Below the pieces are notes generated by a model. It saw nothing but the letters and a program-made list of their open reading frames with translations, ran no database searches and was not told where the DNA came from. A stretch of 42,256 nucleotides of DNA from Macrostomum lignano (lineage: Eukaryota), in contig NIVC01001328.1 in the NCBI GenBank assembly GCA_002269645.1, forward strand, positions 1-42,256. Direction: 5' to 3'. Positions 12,246 through 29,694 of this stretch are shown here, piece after piece. The position numbers were made by a program, and so were the translations under genes. How positions within the stretch are numbered: the first letter of the stretch is position 1; every line of letters starts with the position of its first letter.

Positions 12246-13010
12246 AGAGAAGAGAGCTGAGAAGAGACACCAACCTTGAGCGGGCCATATTGCTATTGTG
12301 AAGTTTCAAAGGACCCGAGAGCCGGAGTTGCAGACCCCTGAATTAGTGCAATTATAAATCGAATAGCACTGCTTGACCTTGGCTGCGCGCTAAGTTTCTC
12401 GAATATCACGATATACTTGAATTAATCCAATAATCCTATCATTTGCGCTCGATACAGTTTGTCGAAAGAGGCCTGACTGCATGTATACAGGATCAAGGAT
12501 AAGTATGTATGAAAGGTACGGTAGCCATAGGAGATAAGAGGAAACAGGATATGTCTTAGCCATACAGGTAGACGAGAGGCTCATTTACAACTAAACTGAG
12601 TGGCCTCCTCCGATGTCAAGTTTTGTGCTTTTTGTGCTTTCATTTACGAGTATACAAAGACATGGCGGATTCCGCGTGCTTGGGGACTTCTCACACAGGA
12701 TATAGCTGAGTTCTCCTAGGCTCTTATTCAATAATTCATTGGACTAACCGGGAATTAAGCTGGATTAAGAGGTGGCCGTGACGAACCTGCTGGATTTCGA
12801 GAGTTTATTAAGCGCGCCCATGACATTAGCGCGCCTGTGTATTTTTGGCAGCCAATGTTCAGGATTCGATGAAAATAAGTATTTTCTATTGAAAGTGAAG
12901 CTGTGTTATGCACGAGGGATAAAAACCTGTTGTCTGGTAATTAGTGGGCACTTATGTCAGTTGCTGCCAAGTAAAGTACGCTTTTGTCAACAATCTGCCA
13001 ATTAAAGTGC

Positions 13011-13264
13011 TGTCGTGTCGTGGCTGGCTAGCCAAACTTGAGCCGCAAATGGGCGAGAGGTTGTTATTTATTGTAGTTGGCATTGCACATAGATGTACAT
13101 GCAGATACGAGTAAAGCATCAGCTAATAGATTAGACGGTTAGGCATAAGCGTACATTGACAGACAGAGCAGGCGGGGAGAGAGCAAGCAGTCCTAAACTC
13201 AGCGCCAATAACAATTGGGGTGCAGCCCCACACTGCGCACTTCAAGTCAAGTCACGATACAACA
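13011..13264 (-). repeat. 3' LTR (254 bp)
   Basis: Identical to 17141-17394; AATAAA on the minus strand (tttatt ~13067); preceded on the minus strand by the PPT. Confidence 0.97.
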
Positions 13265-13277
13265 TCCCCTCATCACC
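13265..13277 (-). promoter_or_regulatory. Polypurine tract (plus-strand primer)
   Basis: Minus strand ggtgatgagggga directly abutting the 3' LTR. Confidence 0.75.
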
Positions 13278-16200
13278 AACGAGGAGACAGTCGGTCTGGG
13301 GCGACCCCTTTGGTCGACCTGCAGCTTCGTCGGGGCTCCGGTGTAGCTTCAGCGGCCTGCTGCGGTGGTGCCGCTGCGTCTGGCCGCTGGCTATCAGGTT
13401 CCGGGTTCCGGCCGCCTTCGTCAGGGTTCCGGCCGCCTTCGTCAGGGTTCCGGTCGCCGTCGTCAGGGCTCCGGCCGGCATCGTCAGGGTCCCGGCCGCT
13501 GTCGTCAGTGTTGTCCGTAACTTCCGCCCGGCTTGGACTCGGACGCAAGCGCAGCTGATCCCGGTGTGCCAGCACAGGCCTGTCATCCTTGTCCCGGGTG
13601 ACCACGGCCGTGTTGTGGCCGGCCTGTACCACAAAGCGGACGGTCTCAGCCGGCCCCCCCGGTCGCGACGGTAGACGAGCGGCGCATCGGTGTCGAATTG
13701 GAGGGTCAGCGGACTTCGCAGCTGTCGCCCCATAAGCGCAGATGGACTGCCACGCCCGTCGCCCCGCGGAGTGGCCCGGTAGTTAAGCAGCAGCTTGGCG
13801 AGGTACGCGTCGAACCGGCCCTGGTGCACGGCGAAGGCCCGCAGCCCCTTCTTGACGGTCTGGACCATGCGCTCGGCGCACCCGTTTGACTGCGGATGAT
13901 ACGGCGGCGAGTGCATCGGCGAGCAGCCGATCTTCTTGAGCCACTCGTGCAGCTGCTGGTCACGGAACTCCGGAGCATTGTCCGCCACCAAGGTATGCGG
14001 CACACCCAGGCGGGAGAAAATCAGGCGGAGTACCTTGATGACCGTCGTCGCGCTCTTGTCGGCAACAGGCACCGCTTCCGGCCAGCCGGAGAAGGCGTCC
14101 ACCACAATGAGCAGCAGGCCGAAGCCGGGAACGTGAGCATGGTCCATGTGCACACGTCTCCAGGGACCATCTTCAGCCGGCCAGGTGTGGCACGTTCTGG
14201 CAGGCATTGGACGGATCTCCGCGCATCGCTGGCATTGCTTGACGAAGTTTTCGACGTCCTCGCAGTGACCCGGCCACCAGGCTTCCAGCTTGAGTCGATT
14301 TCTTGTCGCTAGGGCACCGCAGTGCGAGTCGCCGTGAGCCGCTCGCAGCACGTCTTGCCGCAGCCGGCTAGGCGGGACCACCAGGTCTCTCAGGCAGACG
14401 ACGCCATTCTCCACTGAGAGCTGCTGGCGGACGGCTTTATACGGTCGCTCCGCTGCCGAGCAGTTGTTCCACGCATTGCTGCGGATCCTGCGCTTGACGC
14501 TGGCGAGTACCGGGTCATTGTCAGTGGCGTCTCTGATCTGCTCCAGCTTGAGCACCTCCGTCTCTGTCCAGTGAACGAAGCTTTCCTGGCAGTCGTCTCC
14601 ATCGCCTTCCTCCTTGAATTCAATTCGAGACAGCGCGTCGACATGCGGGATGCAGCTGCCCTTGATGTACGAGATTTCGTAGTCGAAGGCCGACAGCTGC
14701 AACGCCCAGCGCATGATCCTAGCCGATGTGACCTTTGGAAGCTCCCGAGACGGACTAAAAATGAACTCCAATGGTTGATGATCGCACTGGAGCACAAACT
14801 TGCTGCCGAGAAGAAAGTGTCTGGCTCTCTGAGTGGCCCACACCACAGCCAGGGCCTCCCGCTCGATATTCGAGTAATTTCTCTCAGCCGGTGTCAGCCG
14901 TCTTGACAGGTACATCACTGGGTGCTCGTCCTGAGAGAGGATTGCTGCTATGGCCTTTTCGCTGGCGTCAGTAGTCAGAGTTGTGCGCTTTCTTGCATCG
15001 AAGATTCGGACCACTGGGGAAGCTGCAAGCGCCTGCTTGAGCTCGTCAAACGCTTTCTGCTGCCGAGGTCCCCAATGGAACGCGACTTTCTTGCTCCGCA
15101 GCTCGGTCAGCGGCTCGGTCTTCTCCGAGTAGGACTTGATGTAGCGCGAGTAGTACACCGTCATTCCAGAAACGATTCGAGTTCCTTTTTGCTCGCCGGG
15201 GTGCTCACGCCGAGGATTTTCTCCACCAGCTTCCGATCAGGGCGCACGCCGTCAGCCGCGATGCGGTAGCCAAGGAAACTGATTTCCGTGCTGCGGAAAA
15301 CGCACTTTTTTTCGTTGATTGACATGCCGGCATCAGAAAGCGCTCTCAGCAGGTCCCGGACTTTGCTGTCCAATTCGTCCGCTGTGGTGGCGCCAACGCA
15401 CATGTCGTCTTGGTAGATCACCAGGTTGCTGACCGCACCGCCGACCGTTGCCTCCATGGCAGCCTGGAACTGCGCACTGGCCGTCTTCACCCCGTATGGC
15501 ATGCGCGTCCATCTGAGCAGGCCTAGGGGCGTGTTGATGGTGAGTATTTCTCTGGAGGCCTCGTCTAGCTCAATCTGGTTGTAGGCATTTGTTAAGTCTA
15601 CAATTGCGAAGTGCTTCATACCTGCCAGGGCACTGAAGGCTTGCTCGATGTTGGGCAGTGGGTAGGCGTCAGAGCAGATCTTCGGGTTCACCCCGACCTT
15701 GTAGTCGGAGCAGATTCTCAGGTCTCCGTCGGCCTTGCGCACCACCACAATGGGCGACGCCCAACTGCTGCCGCCTGGCGGCACGGGCTCGAGGATCCCG
15801 GCGTCGATCATCGTCCGCAGCTTAGCCACCACCAGCGGCTTGAGATGAATCGGGAGCGGCCGGGCATCGAAGAAGCTGGGCTGAGCGTTCTCCCTGAGCA
15901 GGACCCGAGCACGGAAACCTTTGAGCTTGCCTAGCGGTTTGCTGCTGCGCTCCACTTGATTGACAGTCGCTGTGTCCAGCTTGAAGTCCAGCACGTCTGT
16001 TCCGATGAGGCCGTGCTCCTTTGTGCATTCGGTGACCGTCACGTCCGCACAGGCGATTTGTCTCCCGACTTCGATGAGCGCCGTGAAGCATCCTCTAGTT
16101 CTGATGACCGTTCCGTCAAATTGTCGCAGTCTCAGCTTGGACTTTCGTAGCTTGGGCTCACCGAGGCTCCTCCAGAAGTTTATCGGAATGATGCTCGCAC

Positions 16201-17140
16201 CGGATCCAGAGTCGAGCTGCATTTTGAACGGCTTGCCTTCAATGAGCACAGTTTTTATGCTGCCGCTTCCGCTCTCGTTGCCGACGATGGTGTAGATGCC
16301 TGCCTGCTCACACTCACTCGTGTCGATTTCATGGGCAGGTGCAACCGACTTGGACTTGGCGCTGCTCCTGCAGACTGCAGCAAAGTGGTTCCTGCGGTGG
16401 CACTTGTTACAGGTCTTCCCGAATGCAGGGCATTTGCCTGGCTGGTGCTGCAGACCACACGACCTGCACTGAGCACCGCTATTGCGGTTCCTGTCGATGC
16501 TGGCAACTGGTGTCGAACTCTCAGCCGTCTCGGAGCTTCTGCTAGGCTCTCGGGCTTCAGCAGATCGGTCGCTTGAGCTGTAGCTCTGGATGAGCTCTAA
16601 CTGCTGGATGTACTGCAGACACGTGTCCAGAGTCACTGGATTCTCAGAGCTCTGAATGTGCTCAAGTGTTTTAGTCCGCTGGCTGTGGTCGCACAAGCCG
16701 CTGATCAGCAGTGTTTGGATCAAGTCATCCTCGGCTGACTGTTTGCAGTCTTTTTCGTTGAGCTTGTCAAACTCACAGTGCTTTGCCGCGTCTCTCAAGC
16801 GCTCCGCGAACTGCTGGGCCGACTCTGTTGACAGCTGCCGCTGGGACATGAACCTTGTGCGCTCTGCAATCACCAGTTTCTTTTTGGGCTGGAGTCGCCC
16901 GATGATCATTTTCTTGATGTCCTTGAAGGTCATATCCTCAATGTTTTTCGGCTTTGCCATGATAGAGACGGATCGGACTGCATTGATTCCTGCTCGAGCA
17001 AGGAAGAGGTCTGTCACCTGCTTCTCTTCGTTTGTATCTCGCAGTTTTTTGTGCCTGCACAGTGCTTCAAAACTTTGCAGCCAGGCCTCAGCCATGGCTG
17101 GATCATTGAGAGGTAATTCACTGGCTGCTTGCGACGCCAT
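13273..17140 (-). CDS. Single gag-pol polyprotein (~1290 aa once two 1-nt deletions at ~15166 and ~13657 are restored)
   Basis: Gag double knuckle CRSCGLQHQPGKC / CNKCHRRNHFAAVC; protease LDSGS; RT YQDD; RNase H TDASE..EREALAVVW..CDHQPL; integrase H-H-C-C, HMD..DNAPEF..AERMV; C-terminal AHRDQLR motif in the 13273-13632 frame. Confidence 0.92.
17122..17139 (-). promoter_or_regulatory. Primer binding site, probably tRNA-Ser, overlapping gag codons 1-7
   Basis: Minus strand LTR-CA|A|TGGCGTCGCAAGCAGCC; TGG-C-N7-GCAG fits the complement of a tRNA-Ser 3' end (discriminator G). Confidence 0.65.
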
Positions 17141-17394
17141 TGTCGTGTCGTGGCTGGCTAGCCAAACTTGAGCCGCAAATGGGCGAGAGGTTGTTATTTA
17201 TTGTAGTTGGCATTGCACATAGATGTACATGCAGATACGAGTAAAGCATCAGCTAATAGATTAGACGGTTAGGCATAAGCGTACATTGACAGACAGAGCA
17301 GGCGGGGAGAGAGCAAGCAGTCCTAAACTCAGCGCCAATAACAATTGGGGTGCAGCCCCACACTGCGCACTTCAAGTCAAGTCACGATACAACA
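17141..17394 (-). repeat. 5' LTR (254 bp)
   Basis: Identical to 13011-13264; followed on the + strand by TSD agtgc. Confidence 0.97.
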
Positions 17395-18134
17395 AGTGCG
17401 CTTATTGATAATGTCTGTGACTGTCTTTGAAACGCGTACTTGTGTCATGCGCGTGTTTTTTTATTATATCACGCGAGAATAATAGAGAAGTCACGTGATC
17501 AGTGAATATGTGAGCCATGGACACCTAAAAGTAGAACTTGGGCTCTACACTCGAAAATGGTGATAAAAGGCAATTTGCAAGCAACAGCTCCTTCTGCACC
17601 GGCTGTGGGCAGTGCGACTCGGCGCGGATGATATGGCGGAGATAGCTGACCTCAAGAAGATCAATGCTGAGCAGTATAGACCCGGGTTGTGTCAATATCG
17701 CGACCTGTTTCAGCTCATTGCAAGTGTGTGTTGGCGGGAGGGGGCGGCAATTGGAATGGAGACTTGGAACTGTCGGTGCCCCCCCCCCTCACTGCAGGTA
17801 GCCTCAGTGTATAGAAAAGGCGTTGCCCTTTTGCCCGCCCGCATGGCATGGCCGCGAGGGGCCGCCGACTGGCCTGTCACCGTATCGCCCCAGAGAGAGA
17901 CGGTGAGCACAGCCAGGCATACAGTGCTGCATGGCGAACACAGCAGCAGAGCAGCAGCAGCAGGTTATACTCAGTCGCTTTGCTTACCACCCGCTATTGC
18001 TCGCTATTCTAGTAGCTGGGTAAGGGATTTTCGGCGGGAGAAAGAGAGACTAGGAGAACTCCGCTAGTCAACGACCTGTTCTAGATTCAGTATCTGGAAT
18101 GGGAAATACAAAATATATACATGTACAAAGCTAC

Positions 18135-19165
18135 TTCACCCTGCTGTGATTGGGCAGCAGCTCTGAGCTCCCAAGTTCACCCTGCTCTGATTGGGCAGCA
18201 GCTCTGAGCTCCCAAGTTCACCCTGCTCTGATTGGGCAGCAGCTCTGAGCTCCCAAGTTCACCCTGCTGTGATTGGGCAGCAGCTCTGAGCTCCCAAGTT
18301 CACCCTGCTGTGATTGGGCAGCAGCTCTGAGCTCCCAAGTTCACCCTGCTGTGATTGGGCAGCATTTCTGAGCTCCCAAGTTCACCCTGCTGTGAATGGG
18401 CAGCATTTCTGAGCTCCCAAGTTCACCCTGCTGTGATTGGGCAGCAGCTCTGAGCTCCCAAGTTCACCCTGCTGTGATTGGGCAGCAGCTCTGAGCTCCC
18501 AAGTTCACCCTGCTGTGATTGGGCAGCAGCTCTGAGCTCCCAAGTTCACCCTGCTCTGATTGGGCAGCAGCTCTGAGCTCCCAAGTTCACCCTGCTCTGA
18601 TTGGGCAGCAGCTCTGAGCTCCCAAGTTCACCCTGCTGTGATTGGGCAGCAGCTCTGAGCTCCCAAGTTCACCCTGCTGTGATTGGGCAGCAGCTCTGAG
18701 CTCCCAAGTTCACCCTGCTGTGATTGGGCAGCATTTCTGAGCTCCCAAGTTCACCCTGCTGTGAATGGGCAGCATTTCTGAGCTCCCAAGTTCACCCTGC
18801 TGTGATTGGGCAGCAGCTCTGAGCTCCCAAGTTCACCCTGCTGTGATTGGGCAGCAGCTCTGAGCTCCCAAGTTCACCCTGCTGTGATTGGGCAGCAGCT
18901 CTGAGCTCCCAAGTTCACCCTGCTGTGATTGGGCAGCAGCTCTGAGCTCCTAAGTTCACCCTGCTGTGATTGGGCAGCAGCTCTGAGCTCCCAAGTTCAC
19001 CCTGCTGTGATTGGGCAGCAGCTCTGAGCTCCCAAGTTCACCCTGCTCTGATTGGGCAGCAGCTCTGAGCTCCCAAGTTCACCCTGCTCTGATTGGGCAG
19101 CAGCTCTGAGCTCCCAAGTTCACCCTGCTGTGATTGGGCAGCAGCTCTGAGCTTCAAAGTTCATC
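18135..19165. repeat. Minisatellite, 41-bp unit ttcaccctgctgtgattgggcagcagctctgagctcccaag, ~25 copies
   Basis: Periodicity 18135 to 18176; the gcattt variant pair recurs 369 bp (9 units) apart. Confidence 0.96.
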
Positions 19166-19972
19166 ACACTCATTTTGGGCGTGTGCACAAAACCACGAAT
19201 ATTAATGATAATATGATTATTATTTATTGTTATTACGCACACAATTAGTTATTTCGATAATAAGCAATCTTTAAAGAGTTGACCATTCTTCTAGCCTGAA
19301 ATTTTCCATTCCAGTGTTAGGTGATTTTAGGACTCCTTGACTCGTCCAGGGACCGCGCGCGCGCATGAGCAAGAAGCCCAGACAGAAGAGAGAAAGAAGG
19401 AGTTGGGCGGTTGATTGCGGGAAGATTCGTTATCTGCTTGAGCTGGCGCGTGGGCTTGCATAGGGTTAGAAGTCGCCGACAGATGATCTATTGCCTATGC
19501 TTGGCAATCGGAGACCGTCTGAGCAGTTACCCCCCCCCCCAAATAGACTGACAATTGGCTACAGAACGCTACACACGCAGAGCCTTTTGAAGTGCAGTTT
19601 TCTTTGTCTCTTTGAACAAATTTCTCTCCAGCTTGACCTCGCTAGAGTACGAGGTATTTTCCGGCACCAGACCTGTTTAATTTCATATCTAACTAACTTT
19701 GCCACTGGTTATGGTAGCTCGTATGCTTTGTCAGTGCAATAGAAACTCAAATCTCATTGCTTGCTTTGGCCTCGTAGCTTACCCGTAGCTTGAGATAATG
19801 AAATGGAATACTAGAATTTTATAACAGCATTTCTTACAGTACTAGGAAATCCAAATCCCCATTGAGACTACCTTAGTTTTTCCTGAAACGGCCGATTCAG
19901 ATGAGATTATCTAAAAAAACATATATAACACACGAGAATGTCTAAAACCCATTCAGAAAAATTATAAATAAT

Positions 19973-21036
19973 ATGAGATTATCCAAAACGCCGTGAGATT
20001 ATCTCAAACCCAATGAGCTTATACAAACCGTCATGAGATTATCCAAACCGTCATGAGATTATCTAAAACCCAATGAGATTATCCAACACCCAATGAGATT
20101 ATCCAAAACCCAATGAGATTATACAAAATCCAATGAGATTATACAAAACCCAATGAGATTATCCAAAACCCAATGAGATTATCCAAAACCTAATGAGATT
20201 ATACAAAACCCAATTAGATTATGCAAAACCCAATGAGATTATCCAACACCCAATGAGATTATCCAAAACCCAATGAGATTATCCAAAACCCAATGAGATT
20301 ATCCAAAATCCAATGAGATTATCCAACACCCAATGAGATTATACAAAACCCAATGAGATTATTCAACACCCAATGAGATTATACAAAACCCAATGAGATT
20401 ATGCAAACCCAATGAGATTATACAACACCCAATGAGATTATCCAAAACCCAATGAGATTATTCAACACCCAATGAGATTATCCAAAGCCCCATGAGATTA
20501 TACAAAACCCAATGAGATTATACAAAACCCAATGAGATTATCCAAAACCTAATGAGATTATACAACACCCAATGAGATTACTCAACACCCAATGAGATTA
20601 TACAAAACCCAATTAGATTATACAGAACCAAATGAGATTATACAAAACACAATGAGATTATCCAACACCCAATGAGATTATCCAAAGCCCCATGAGATTA
20701 TGCAAAACCCAATGAGATTATACAGAACCCAATGAGATTATACAAAACCCAATTAGATTATGCAAAACCCAATGAGATTATCCAACATCCGATGAGATTA
20801 TCCAACACCCAATGAGATTATGCAACACCCAATGTGATTATCCAAAACCCAGTGAGATTATTCAACACCCAATGAGATTATCCAAAGCCCCATGAGATTA
20901 TACAAAACCCAATGAGATTATACAAAACCCAATGAAATTATCCAAAATCTAATGAGATTATACAACACCCAATGAGATTATCCAACACCCAATGAGATTA
21001 TCCAAAACCCAATGAGATTATCCAACACCCAATGAG
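19973..21036. repeat. 20-bp satellite (acccaatgagattatccaaa/caac), left arm, ~53 copies
   Basis: Direct periodicity; interrupted by the LINE. Confidence 0.96.
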
Positions 21037-21240
21037 GGGGGGCAAACGGCAACTTAAACCGAGGGACTCTGTGACATCCGCCAGCTTTTCGTTTTTCGAG
21101 GAGGCTCTTCCCCCTCCTTTTCGTTCTGGCCTGGCGTGGAAGCGGCTAGCTTCCTCGTCTTGGTCTGCTGGTGGGGGACGGATCCCCCCTGCTGCTTTTT
21201 TGCGGGGCAGGTGGCTGCTAAGTAGTTGGCTGCTGGCTAA

Positions 21241-26327
<5,087 letters not shown>

Positions 26328-26413
26328 TCCTTGTGCTCTTTTACCTTGGGGTTGCGATAGGGGCCTCGCGGCCTATTCGCGGCGCCTGCGCCCCCCGTCA
26401 GTAGTAAGTAAGT

Positions 26414-27462
26414 AACACCCAATGAGATTATCCAAAACCCAATGAGATTATCCAACACCCAATGAGATTATCCAAAACCCAATGAGATTATCCAACACCA
26501 ATGAGATTATACAAAACCCAATGAGATTATCCAAAACCCAATGAGATTATCCAACACCCAATGAGATTATCCAAAGCCCCATGAGATTATACAAAGCCCA
26601 ATGAGATTATAAAAAACCCAATGAGATTATCCAAAACCTAATGAGATTATACAACACCCAATTAGATTATCCAACACCCAATGAGATTATCCAACACCCA
26701 ATGAGATTATCCAAAACCCAATGAGATTATCCAACACCCAATGAGATTATCCAAAACCCAATGAGATTATCCAACACCAATGAGATTATACAAAACCCAA
26801 TGAGATTATCCAACACCCAATGGGATTATCCAAAGCCCCATGAGATTATACAAAACCCAATGAGATTATACAAAACCCAATGAGATTATCCAAAACCTAA
26901 TGAGATTATACAAAACCCAATGAGATTATCCAACACCAATGAGATTATGCAAAACCCAATGTGATTATCCAACACCCAATGAGATTATCCAACACCCAAT
27001 GAGATTATCCAAAACCCAATGAGATTATCCAACACCCAATGAGATTATGCAAAACCCAATGGGATTATCCAACACCCAATGAGATTATCCAAAACCCAAT
27101 GAGATTATGCAAAACCCAATTAGATTATCCAAAATCCAGTGAGATTATCCAACACCCAATGAGATTATCCAACACCCAATGAGATTATCCAAAACCCAAT
27201 GAGATTATCCAACACCCAGTGAGATTATACAAAACCCAATGAGATTATCCAACACCCAATGAGATTATTCAACACCCAATGAGATTATACAAAACCCAAT
27301 GAGATTATACAAAATCCAATGAGATTATCCAAAACCCAATGAGATTATCCAAAACCCAATGAGATTATCCAAAACCCAATTAGATTATCCAAAACCCAAT
27401 GAGATTATCCAACACCCAGTGAGATTATACAAAACCCAATGAGATTATCCAAAGCCCAATGA
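26414..27462. repeat. 20-bp satellite, right arm, ~52 copies
   Basis: Same unit and orientation as 19973-21036. Confidence 0.96.
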
Positions 27463-28613
27463 AGTTATAAAAAGTCAAGATCAAAACACTTGGAATCCAG
27501 AATAAATTAATTACTTTGCTCTCTCAAATTGAATCACAAACAACGCTGGCCAAGCATGCCATTTTATAATTAAACTCATTCAATCATTTAAACAAATCAA
27601 ACAAAAGCAAATAAGGATTTTCAAATTCAAAATGAGATCAGTAAAACAAAACAGCTGCTTTGAAATGGCGGGCGGTCATGCAACCAGCCAGCACAGGACT
27701 TGTCCAGTATGACAACTATTTTGTACAGATACAAAAAACACTCTCGGGTATTGTTGGTGCTGCTAAATAAGCAATTCAATATGCCGCAGGTATGGCATGA
27801 GCAACTTAATCATGGACAGATGTTTATAATTAATGAAATTGTCAAATATCCCAGGTACACACAAGAAATGCAACATCAGAAAAAATGGTTAATTTATTTA
27901 TACATATGTCATAATAAAGGTATACTATGAATAGTAAATAATACAGTAATACAGCCCAATGAGAAAATTCTTTAAACCGAATACTCCAACACTCGTTGAA
28001 TAGCTCAATACTAATTGCATACACGCATATGTATATAATCTAATAAATATTTGATTTAATGAACAGGTAAAATTACAGTTATAATTAAAACAAGAAGAAA
28101 TTAAAAAAAACACAGCTTATCGAAAATCTTATAAAGCAATAAAAAAGAATCACAATTTTTGCAAACTTGCTCACTGATGCTTGCTGGTGCACAACAGAAG
28201 ACACGGGAAGCGGGGGACATAGCCGGGAATACATTGTTGTATAAATAAAGGTCTCGAGAAAAAACACACAATTCAAGAAAATAGCGCCTGAACTGAACGA
28301 TCGACTTGAATGCTGCTGGTTTGCCATCATCATCCTGGTTTATTGAATGCGACCCCAACAAATTAAATAGCTAACGACTCACAGTTAGCTGTAATGATGC
28401 GCAATACACAACAGTTAGCGAAGCTGTTGAACTACGATCTATATAATAAGCGGCTTTAAATAATTCTAAGTCGGCTAATAAAGCTAGCAATGCCGATAAT
28501 GATTCTTGATGCGCGTGGCGGGGGCACCGATCGAGTGTGGAGATGAGATATGCGCATGTTGTCTAACAGGTAGCACGAGCACTTTATGAACTGCAGCTTG
28601 GGTTGGGGCACAG

Positions 28614-29139
28614 CTAGGCTGGACTGCCAGAGGCCCTGCTGACACCACTGTTGTACCTGAGTGGTTGTCGCTGCTGCTGCTGCTGTTGCTGTTGTTGTTG
28701 TTTAAGCTGCTGCGGATGCTGAAGATGAGGCGGCATGGGCGGCTGCAGAGGCAAAGGCAGCGGCAGAGGGCCAAGCATGCGGTGCTGCTGCTGCTGCTGC
28801 TGTTGAACCATCTGCTGTTTCCGAAGCATCGCCTGGTGCTGCTGCTGTGGCGGCGAGCGCAGCAATCCGTGCATCTGCAGCTCCTCCTCGCTGCACGCGC
28901 CCGAGCTGCAAGGCGAGCCGCTGCTACGCGACGGACAATCGAATGCTTGCCGATCCTGGCGGACGCGTTCGAGCATGCCCAGCAGCTTCTTGATGGCGCC
29001 CTGGGTGAACTCCAGCGCCTCCAGTGTGGGCCTGTCTATGGCCAGCAGCTGCTCGAAGCTGTACTTGCGCAGCCGATCGAAGTATTTGTGCATCCGGTGC
29101 GTCTTCAGCCAGGTGAGTAGTTTAGATTGATAGTCTTGC
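28614..29139 (-). CDS. ZCCHC14: ZCCHC14/ZCCHC2-like gene, last detected exon with a Smaug-type SAM domain and Gln-rich tail
   Basis: Acceptor acacgcag|g at 29140/29139 (phase 2); LLTWLKTHRMHKYFDRLRKYSFEQLLAIDRPTLEALEFTQGAIKKLL resembles the Smaug/ZCCHC14 SAM (WLKSLRLHKY...LTMGAKKKL). Confidence 0.8.
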
Positions 29140-29226
29140 CTGCGTGTGGCCGGGAGAGACATTGTACTCACAACTGAGGCACTGGGCTAGTGGCTATATA
29201 TAACTAAATAGAGAACGGTCGCTCAC

Positions 29227-29314
29227 CCATAATGGCAGGCTGGGTACACCGCGGTACCTTCACCAGTGTAACCGACGCTTCCAACTGTGAGAGATTGGAA
29301 CTGCAGCATCAGGC
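29227..29314 (-). CDS. ZCCHC14: ZCCHC14-like gene, predicted 88-nt exon
   Basis: tttcag| acceptor and |gtgagc donor; open in phase 1 in, phase 2 out, compatible with both neighbours. Confidence 0.55.
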
Positions 29315-29426
29315 CTGAAATGATTGTTGAAATCATAATTGAGTGAATCGAATTCGGTTAACAGGTTATAGACGGCAATGTGGGATAAGTGGTCGAGCCT
29401 GGCGGATTCCAAGGATTGGGACTCAC

Positions 29427-29660
29427 CGCTAAGGGGACTAGTGGGCGGCGGCGGCATCGGCGGGGGCAGCGGCGGCAGCTGGTGATGGTGGTGGGGGTGG
29501 GGGTGCGGCCCGGCGGGGTAACCGTAGTATGCCGGCGACTGCGGCTGCTGCTGAGGCGGCGGTGGCGGCGGCGGTGGCGCCTGCGGCAGAACAGCGAACG
29601 GAGACATGAAAGCTGCCGCAGCGTAATAGGGGCACTGAGGCGGGCCGCCGAGGCAAGAGT

Positions 29661-29694
<34 letters not shown>

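Larger units (their letters stand above)
13011..17394 (-). mobile_element. Full-length Ty3/Gypsy LTR retrotransposon, Mag-like, recent insertion
   Basis: Two 254-bp LTRs (13011-13264 and 17141-17394), TG...CA termini, identical by eye; 5-bp TSD AGTGC at 13006-13010 and 17395-17399; PBS, PPT and gag-PR-RT-RH-IN order. Confidence 0.97.

Noticed and set aside
11630-12279. EERRG and SSPLL ORFs of 105-197 aa
   Set aside because: Translations of a (GGAGA)n microsatellite open in several frames on both strands
15155-15175. Programmed ribosomal frameshift in the Gypsy polyprotein
   Set aside because: The break falls inside the RT-RNase H connection (SFLG-M..YY), not at a gag/pol junction, has no slippery heptamer, and is explained by one missing G
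13156-17171. Many + strand and alternate-frame ORFs over the Gypsy and LINE bodies
   Set aside because: Shadow ORFs of GC-rich coding sequence on the opposite strand or in another frame
17612-18067. 151-aa ORF downstream of the LTR element
   Set aside because: GTG start, no recognisable motif or splice-supported exon structure
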